32,000 nt of DNA from Megasphaera elsdenii DSM 20460. Its GTDB lineage: Bacteria; Bacillota; Negativicutes; Veillonellales; Megasphaeraceae. The position numbers and the translations under genes were made by a program. The notes beneath the pieces are model-generated. The model was not told the origin of the DNA, made no database searches, and saw only the letters and a program-made list of their open reading frames with translations. Below are positions 26,162 through 32,000 of the stretch, in pieces (positions within the stretch are counted from its first letter, which is position 1; the number at the start of each line of letters is the position of its first letter). Where the stretch lies: the NCBI RefSeq assembly GCF_003010495.1, contig NZ_CP027570.1:990001-1022000 (forward strand). Reading direction: 5' to 3'.

Positions 26162-26533
26162 ATGAGTGTAGAAACGAAACAACTGAACTGCATCAACTGC
26201 CCGCTGGGCTGCTTGCTTACGGTTACCCTGGAAGACGGTAAAATTACCAGCGTTACCGGCAATACGTGCCCGCGCGGTGAAAAATATGCCCATCAGGAAC
26301 TGACGGACCCGCAGCGCATGCTGACCTCGACGGTCCGCATCGAAGGCGGCGAACTGCCGCTCCTGCCGGTCGTATCCAAGACGACCCTGCCGAAAGGCAA
26401 GATCCTCGACTGTGCCGAAGCATTGCGCAGCGTCGAAGTCAAAGCCCCGGTCCATACAGGCGACGTCATCGTCAAAGATATCCTGGGTCTCGGCGTAGAT
26501 ATCGTGGCCAGCCGCGATATGGGCAAAGAATAA
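26162..26533 (+). CDS. DUF1667-domain protein (small Cys-rich partner of the two oxidoreductases), 123 aa
   Basis: Starts 2 nt after the previous stop; AAAGGAGGAAG RBS. CINCPLGC...TGNTCPRGEKYA is the characteristic DUF1667 N-terminus. Confidence 0.85.
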   Translation: MSVETKQLNCINCPLGCLLTVTLEDGKITSVTGNTCPRGEKYAHQELTDPQRMLTSTVRIEGGELPLLPVVSKTTLPKGKILDCAEALRSVEVKAPVHTGDVIVKDILGLGVDIVASRDMGKE

Positions 26534-26566
26534 TAGGTACCAATATATTCCCTCTTACATATACCG

Positions 26567-26598
26567 AAAAGGAGGCTGCCTTATAGCAGCCTCCTTTT
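26567..26598 (+). terminator. Intrinsic terminator after the DUF1667 gene
   Basis: AAAA, then GGAGGCTGC (26571-26579), loop CTTATA, GCAGCCTCC (26586-26594), then TTTT. Confidence 0.85.
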
Positions 26599-26602
26599 CG
26601 AG

Positions 26603-26756
26603 TTTGTAGTATAATGTTTGCAGTACGAAGTAGTATTTGCTTGATTTATCGCTTCGTTGCTAAAATAATCAGCACTATATCGAATGGGCTATGGTAAAAT
26701 CTCACAGTGGGCCGCCCTCTGGGACGGCCCCTACGCAGCTAACTGCTAACTGCTAA
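26603..26756 (-). repeat. Inverted, partly degenerate copy of the conserved intergenic element, flanked by heptad arrays
   Basis: Reverse complement of 26682-26737 is GCGTAGGGGCCGTCC-cagag-GGCGGCCC-ACTGTGAGATTTTACCATAGCCCATTCG, which matches copies 1 and 3. The TATAAT-box and heptad part (26603-26681) is decayed to GT-phased 7-mers (GTTTGTA GTATAAT GTTTGCA GTACGAA GTAGTAT). CAGCTAA CTGCTAA CTGCTAA lies at 26736-26756. Confidence 0.65.
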
Positions 26757-26792
26757 AAAAGGACATGTCGCATGGCGGCATGTCCTTTTTTT
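26755..26792. terminator. Bidirectional intrinsic terminator (serves cysK on the minus strand)
   Basis: A6, then GGACATGTCGC (26761-26771), loop ATG, GCGGCATGTCC (26775-26785, one G-U pair), then T7. Confidence 0.85.
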
Positions 26793-26816
26793 GGTATTGG
26801 TTGGAAAATGGTTTGT

Positions 26817-27761
26817 TTATTTTGTTTTCTGCTGGATGAAGCCCGGCGTCGTGAGGTAACGGTCGCCGTTATCCGGCAGGAAGGCTACGATGGTCTTGCC
26901 GGCGTTTTCCGGACGTTTTGCGACTTCCGAAGCGGCATAGAGGGCAGCCCCGCCGGAGATACCGATGAGGAGGCCTTCGGATTCGGTGAATTTCTGAGCC
27001 GTTTCATAAGCCTGTTCTGTCGTGACCGTGAAGACTTCGTCGTAAATCTTGGTGTCCAAGGTTTCCGGTACGAAGTTGGCGCCGATGCCCTGGAGTTTAT
27101 GCGGGCCGGCATGGCCTTCGGAGAGGAGCGGCGAATCTTTCGGTTCGATAGCGATGATCTGGACAGACGGTTTCTTTTCTTTGAGGTACTGGCCGACGCC
27201 GGAGAGGGTACCGCCTGTGCCGACACCAGCTAAGAAGATGTCGACAGCGCCGTCTGTATCTTCGTAGATTTCCGGGCCTGTCGTCAGGCGATGGATTTCC
27301 GGATTGACCGGGTTGGTGAACTGGCCGGGAATGAAGGAATCGGGGATTTCTTTAGCCAATTCGTTGGCTTTGTCGACGGCGCCTTTCATGCCGGTCTTGC
27401 CTGGTGTCAGGACGATTTCAGCGCCATAAGCGGAGATGAGGTTGCGGCGTTCGATGGACATGGTTTCCGGCATGGTGAAGATAGCGCGGTAACCTTTGGC
27501 AGCTGCGACGGCAGCCAGGCCGATGCCGGTGTTGCCGCTGGTCGGTTCGATGATGACCGAGCCTTCTTTGAGGATGCCTTTCTTTTCAGCGTCTTCAATC
27601 ATGGCTTTGGCGATACGGTCTTTGGCAGAGCCAGCCGGGTTGAAAGCGTCGAGTTTGACTAAGAGGTTAGCAGCGACGCCAGCGGCGTTGTTGTAACGTT
27701 CCGGTTTCAATAACGGTGTGTTGCCGATCAACTGTAACATAGATGTGTAGATTTTGCTCAT
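26817..27761 (-). CDS. cysK: Cysteine synthase A (O-acetylserine sulfhydrylase), 314 aa
   Basis: Motifs LIGNTPLL, NPAGSAKDRIA (PLP lysine), PTSGNTGIGLA and GVGTGGTLSG. AGGAGA RBS. Confidence 0.95.
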   Translation of the reverse strand: MSKIYTSMLQLIGNTPLLKPERYNNAAGVAANLLVKLDAFNPAGSAKDRIAKAMIEDAEKKGILKEGSVIIEPTSGNTGIGLAAVAAAKGYRAIFTMPETMSIERRNLISAYGAEIVLTPGKTGMKGAVDKANELAKEIPDSFIPGQFTNPVNPEIHRLTTGPEIYEDTDGAVDIFLAGVGTGGTLSGVGQYLKEKKPSVQIIAIEPKDSPLLSEGHAGPHKLQGIGANFVPETLDTKIYDEVFTVTTEQAYETAQKFTESEGLLIGISGGAALYAASEVAKRPENAGKTIVAFLPDNGDRYLTTPGFIQQKTK

Positions 27762-27905
27762 GAGAATCTCTCCTTTTCCTATGATTCATCCCCCGATGAA
27801 TGCAAAATATATTGAAAATATAGTAAGGTATACCAATTGGGTATAGATTTTATGTACACCTATACTGGATTTTTCATTTCCGTATAGGGGTGACAACGAA
27901 TTTGG

Positions 27906-28604
27906 TTATTTCAAAGGCCTCATTTTGCCGATGCAGCGTTCATCATGCTGCTGGTCCATCATTTCCACGCGGCGCTGCAGGATGGCTACCTGATGCTGCA
28001 AGGCAATAATCTGGTCTTCGATGGGATCGGGCAGGCGGTTGTGATTGAGGTCGACGTCGCGTTCGCTGTGGCTGGCTTTGATGCGTTTGCCCTGCTGGAC
28101 GACGACGCGGCCCGGGATGCCGACGACTGTCGAGTACGGCGGCACTTCTTTGAGGACGACGGAACCGGCGCCGATTTTTGCGCCTTCGCCGACGGTAAAG
28201 GAACCGAGGACTTTGGCACCGCAGGCGACGACGACGTAGTCGCCGATGGTCGGATGGCGTTTGCCTTTTTCCTTACCCGTCCCGCCGAGGGTCACGCCCT
28301 GATAGAGGGAAACGTTGTTGCCGATGACCGTCGTTTCTCCGATGACGATGCCCATGCCATGGTCGATGAACAGGCCTTCGCCAATCTGGGCGCCGGGATG
28401 GATCTCGATGCCCGTGAAGAAGCGGGAAATGGTGGAAATGATGCGGGCCGTGACAAACCACTGATGCTTGTAGAAGAAGTGGGCCAGGCGATGGGCCCAG
28501 ATGGCATGAAGGCCGGAATAGCAAAGCAAGACTTCCAGCGTATTCTTAGCAGCTGGATCGCGGTCCTTGATGACGCGAATGTCGTTGCGAAGTGATTTGA
28601 ACAT
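27906..28604 (-). CDS. cysE: Serine O-acetyltransferase, 232 aa
   Basis: [27 protein letters not shown] and [27 protein letters not shown], with hexapeptide repeats. AGGAGGG RBS. Confidence 0.93.
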   Translation of the reverse strand: MFKSLRNDIRVIKDRDPAAKNTLEVLLCYSGLHAIWAHRLAHFFYKHQWFVTARIISTISRFFTGIEIHPGAQIGEGLFIDHGMGIVIGETTVIGNNVSLYQGVTLGGTGKEKGKRHPTIGDYVVVACGAKVLGSFTVGEGAKIGAGSVVLKEVPPYSTVVGIPGRVVVQQGKRIKASHSERDVDLNHNRLPDPIEDQIIALQHQVAILQRRVEMMDQQHDERCIGKMRPLK

Positions 28605-28635
28605 GGCGTAGCGCCCTCCTGTGATGTGAAAAAAG

Positions 28636-28884
28636 TAAATAAAAAAGACCTGCCGTCATACAGAGACGGTGGTCCGTGGTTCCACTCTGATTGCAGTCCT
28701 TAGACTGCCACTCAATACCCGTAACGGCGGCAACCGGGATGACCTACTCGCGTTCAATCATCCTGCTCCCAAAGGCATTCCATCACATTCAACTTCGATA
28801 GGGGCTTTCAGCCGATGGCCCTTACTCTCTGTGCCGTTATCCTGTGTGTACTTGTTTTGGTCATTGCATTTTTGTTTTCGTGTT
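28636..28884 (-). promoter_or_regulatory. T-box riboswitch leader (cysteine-specific) controlling cysE(-cysK)
   Basis: Minus strand, 5' to 3': AGAGAG/GTAA stem-I elements (~28825-28835). Tandem GAAUGU/GAAUGC specifier candidates (codons at 28785-28787 and 28775-28777). T-box sequence AATCAGAGTGGAACCACGG (28693-28675; consensus AAnnnGGGTGGnACCGCG). Terminator GACCACCGTC...GACGGCAGGTC plus T6 (28674-28641), which overlaps the T-box as expected for the antiterminator/terminator switch. Confidence 0.75.
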
Positions 28885-28890
28885 GAACAC

Positions 28891-28919
28891 ATGATACCCC
28901 TTCATAGGACGTTTGTCAA
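28891..28919 (-). promoter_or_regulatory. Promoter of the T-box/cysE transcript
   Basis: The minus strand reads TTGACA (28919-28914), 17-nt spacer, TATCAT (28896-28891). Confidence 0.55.
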
Positions 28920-29490
28920 TAGAAAGATCCTAAAAAGATGACAAAATTGGTATCTTATTCAAAATGGCCGTTAGAATCGCTTTCTTTATATATCTATATA
29001 AGGGCATTTGCAGTTTGTAGTTTGTAGCAGTGGGAGTTTTGTTGGTTGTCGATACATAAAGACTCATCATTTTTGATTAAATTTGTCTGCATACAATATC
29101 CATGTTTGGTAGACATGAACTGTATTCGCTCCAATCAATGGTATAATATAAAGCAAAATGAGTTTAATATGATTTAATGTAATTTTAAAAATCTAAAAAT
29201 ATCATTACAAAAACACATGCTTTAGTGTAGTTGAATAAAGTATATGGCGGTAATAAGCCGTTTTTATAAAAATTTTATCTATAAAAAGCATAGAGTACTA
29301 AAAGAATACCATATTAGTAATGAATGGATATATAACTAAAAAGCATAGGTACATATTCAAGGTTTCTCATTTTGTATTACTCATTTTTCTATACTTATTG
29401 CACTTTACGCATGAAATGGTATACTTATGGTAAATACTTTACTTCATAGTATTCGTTGTAGTTGTAATTTATAAGTAAAGAGGTGTGAAA

Positions 29491-30036
29491 ATGGAAAAGA
29501 CAGAATTGTATGAAACATTCCAGAAAGGGTTGACCAGCGTCAACGGCGAAAGTTACATCGCTAAAAAAGCAGACGTTGCTGCAACTCTCACCAAAATTTT
29601 CCAGGACAAGGACACACATGAAGTTGCCCTCGTTGAAACGCCGCTCCTGAAAGAAATCGGCGCTGTAGACGCATTGAAAGCCGCAGGCATCAAAGTGGAT
29701 ACGGATCACTTCCGCAAGAATGCCCCGGACGATAAAGGCGGCGTTACCGAAGCCGATTATGGCATCGCTAACTTGGGCTCTATTGTCCAGATGAAGGACG
29801 ACATCGACTGTCGTATCGTTGAAACGGTATCGGACGTCTATGTCGGCATCGTCAAACTTTCTAAGATCGTCGATACTTTCGATGACATGATCGACATCAT
29901 GGCCGAAACGAAGCCGTTCCCGAAATTCGCTGGTATCATCACCGGCCCGAGCCGGACAGCTGATATCGAATGCGTCGGTACTGTAGGGGTTCATGGCCCG
30001 CGTCAGTATTCGGTCATCGTCGTAGAAGATGAGTAA
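29491..30036 (+). CDS. lutC: LutC/YkgG-family LUD-domain protein (lactate utilization protein C-like), 181 aa
   Basis: ATG at 29491 with AAAGAGG 7 nt upstream (the ORF track starts at the GTG at 29485). The C-terminal ITGPSRTADIE....GVHGPRQ motif is typical of the LUD domain. Confidence 0.82.
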   Translation: MEKTELYETFQKGLTSVNGESYIAKKADVAATLTKIFQDKDTHEVALVETPLLKEIGAVDALKAAGIKVDTDHFRKNAPDDKGGVTEADYGIANLGSIVQMKDDIDCRIVETVSDVYVGIVKLSKIVDTFDDMIDIMAETKPFPKFAGIITGPSRTADIECVGTVGVHGPRQYSVIVVEDE

Positions 30037-30051
30037 GGGAGGGAACAGCAC

Positions 30052-32000
30052 ATGTCTAACGAATTACTGAAGCAAGAAATCGAGCGCGCCATGGATAACG
30101 CGCCTTTGCAGAAGGCGTTAAAGAAGTTTACGACGGCCTATCCTGGCAACCGTGCGAAAGTTTACAAAGGATATGACTTTGAAGCACTTCGTGATAAAGT
30201 CCATGAAGTCAAATCTTATGCTCGTGACCATCTGGATGAAGTCATGGCCGAATTCATCAAGAATGCGGAAGCCAACGGGGCTCATGTATTCGTTGCCCAT
30301 TCTCCGGAAGAAGCTATGGACTATGCTTTGAAACTGGCTAAAGACAACAACGTAAAACTTTGCGTTAAATCGAAATCCATGGCATCAGAAGAAATGCACT
30401 TCAACCAGAACTATGAAAAAGCTGGCATTACGGCTCAGGAAACGGACTTAGGTGAATTCATCAACTCCATCGCTGGTGATACGCCGTCCCACATGGTTAT
30501 GCCGGCTATCCATTATTCTAAAGAAGACGTTGCCGACCTCTTTGAATCGTATACGAAACAGCCGGAAGAACCGGTCATCACGAAAGAAGTCAAGACGTCC
30601 CGCCGCGTCATGCGCCCGAAATTCCTCAGCGCTGAAATGGGTGTTTCCGGTGCCAACGTCGCTGTCGCTGAAACGGGGACAGTCATTACCATGACGAATG
30701 AAGGCAACGGCCGTATGGTCGCAACCCTTCCGAAAACGCACTTATATATCTTTGGTATTGAAAAATTCGTCGCTAAGATGAGCGATATCCGCTACATCTT
30801 CAAGGTATTGCCTCGTAACGGTACAGCTCAGAACATCACGGCATACCTCTCCTTCTACACGGGCGCTACGAAAGTCGTTACGGATCCGGAAAACGATACC
30901 AAGGAAGACAAGAACTTCCACATGATCATCCTCGATACGCCAGAACGCCGTAAGATCATGGCCAGTGAAGATTACAAAGACATCTTCTGCTGCATCCGCT
31001 GCGCAGCCTGCTTGAATGTATGTCCGGCCTTCCGCCTCGTCGGCGGCCACGTCTATGGCGGCTCCATTTATACCGGCGGTATCGGCACGCTGCTCACGAG
31101 CTTCCTCAACAGCCGTGAACGCGGTAAAGATATCCAGAACATCTGTCTCCAGTGCGGTACGTGTAACACAGTCTGCGGCGGCAAACTCGATATTGCCGGC
31201 ATGATCCTGAAATTACGTACGAAATTCGCTCAGGAAGATGGCCTCAATCCGGTCCATAAATTCTGTCTCGATACGGTTGCTGACCGTCACCTCTTCCACT
31301 CCATGCTGCGTATCGCTTCGGTGGCTCAGGGCATGATTACTAAAGGTCAGCCGATGATCCGTCATCTGCCGATGTTCTTGTCCGGTCTGACAGCAGGCCG
31401 CAGCCTGCCGAGCATTGCTCCGCAGCCGTTCCGCGACATCCTGCCGACGATCAAACAGGACGTTCCTAACCCGAAGGGCAAGATCGCTATCTTCACGGGC
31501 TGCCTCCTCGACTTCGTCTATGTCGACATCGCAACGGACGTCGTCAAAGCCCTCAACATGGCTGGCTATATCGTAGAAATGCCGCTTGGCCAGGCCTGCT
31601 GCGGTGCTCCGGCTACCTATATGGGCGATGTTGAAAACGCCAAGAAAGCTGCTGAATTGAACTTGAATGCTATGGAAGCTGAAAAATACGATTACATCGT
31701 ATCGGCTTGCCCGACTTGTACGCATGCCCTCCGCGATTACGTCGACTTCTTCAAGGACGATCCGGAAATGCTCAAGAAAGCGGAAGAACTCCGCAGCAAG
31801 ACCTTCGACTTCTGCAAACTCGTTTCCATGCTCGGCGGCTTGCCGGATACCGGCGATGGCGTACCGATGAAGGTCACCTATCACGATTCCTGCCACTTGA
31901 ACCGTTACCTCGGCGTCACCAAGGAACAGCGTGAACTCTTGAAAGCTACCAAGGGCGTCGAACTCATCGAAATGCACGATTGCGATAAATGCTGCGGCTT
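30052..32000 (+). CDS. LutB-like LUD/4Fe-4S protein fused to a LutA-like CCG-domain Fe-S oxidoreductase (5' 649 codons; continues beyond the window)
   Basis: Absent from the ORF track because there is no stop in the window. ATG at 30052 after AAGGGAGGG. My translation is open in frame 1 to position 32000: MSNELLKQEIERAMDNAPLQKALKKFTTAY... LUD-domain motifs are GVSGANVAVAETGTVITMTNEGNGR and HMIILD. Ferredoxin motifs are CCIRCAACLNVCP (~30988-31026) and CLQCGTCNTVCGG (~31144-31176). The CCG-domain half contains FTGCLLDF, CCGAP, CPTCTH, YHDSCHL and CDKCCG. Confidence 0.88.
   Translation, partial: MSNELLKQEIERAMDNAPLQKALKKFTTAYPGNRAKVYKGYDFEALRDKVHEVKSYARDHLDEVMAEFIKNAEANGAHVFVAHSPEEAMDYALKLAKDNNVKLCVKSKSMASEEMHFNQNYEKAGITAQETDLGEFINSIAGDTPSHMVMPAIHYSKEDVADLFESYTKQPEEPVITKEVKTSRRVMRPKFLSAEMGVSGANVAVAETGTVITMTNEGNGRMVATLPKTHLYIFGIEKFVAKMSDIRYIFKVLPRNGTAQNITAYLSFYTGATKVVTDPENDTKEDKNFHMIILDTPERRKIMASEDYKDIFCCIRCAACLNVCPAFRLVGGHVYGGSIYTGGIGTLLTSFLNSRERGKDIQNICLQCGTCNTVCGGKLDIAGMILKLRTKFAQEDGLNPVHKFCLDTVADRHLFHSMLRIASVAQGMITKGQPMIRHLPMFLSGLTAGRSLPSIAPQPFRDILPTIKQDVPNPKGKIAIFTGCLLDFVYVDIATDVVKALNMAGYIVEMPLGQACCGAPATYMGDVENAKKAAELNLNAMEAEKYDYIVSACPTCTHALRDYVDFFKDDPEMLKKAEELRSKTFDFCKLVSMLGGLPDTGDGVPMKVTYHDSCHLNRYLGVTKEQRELLKATKGVELIEMHDCDKCCG

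Noticed and set aside
28669-28941. 90-aa plus-strand ORF between cysE and lutC.
   Set aside because: It lies wholly within the minus-strand T-box leader and its promoter. It has no RBS and its sequence is implausible.

Overview
This is a chromosomal window of housekeeping and metabolic genes. I saw no transposase, integrase, phage, CRISPR, tRNA or rRNA genes. I support 25 CDS, in this order:

- a 3' gene fragment
- APC-family amino-acid permease
- QueC
- secreted M13 (PepO-like) peptidase
- pyruvate kinase with a C-terminal PEPut domain
- M20 peptidase (minus strand)
- a 1548-aa trimeric autotransporter adhesin (TAA)
- hybrid-cluster protein Hcp
- a tightly coupled ppiB / GIY-YIG / M48-like protease / SGNH-hydrolase operon
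- a SorC-family regulator divergent from glpK-glpF
- a three-gene GlpA-like FAD dehydrogenase / FAD-NAD oxidoreductase / DUF1667 operon
- cysK and cysE (minus strand) behind a Cys T-box leader
- a lutC-like gene followed by a LutB-LutA fusion gene. This gene runs off the window end, so it is missing from the supplied ORF track.

A Firmicute-type T-box together with an outer-membrane TAA that has a post-anchor coiled coil suggests a diderm Firmicute (Negativicutes-like). This is inference only.

The most unusual content is non-coding. Almost every long intergenic spacer carries a mosaic of four things:
1. short tandem 7-bp arrays whose sequence differs between sites
2. GC-rich palindromes headed by GTAG(GGG)/(CCC)CTAC, i.e. 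REP-like
3. a conserved ~100-bp element with an embedded perfect TATAAT box
4. a 93-bp unit, present as a 3x tandem array and as one inverted copy.

Several intrinsic terminators also share a TGTCGCA/TGCGACA core. The two glp promoters share an identical 15-mer at identical spacing from their -35 boxes.

All coordinates come from hand counting. No similarity searches were run.
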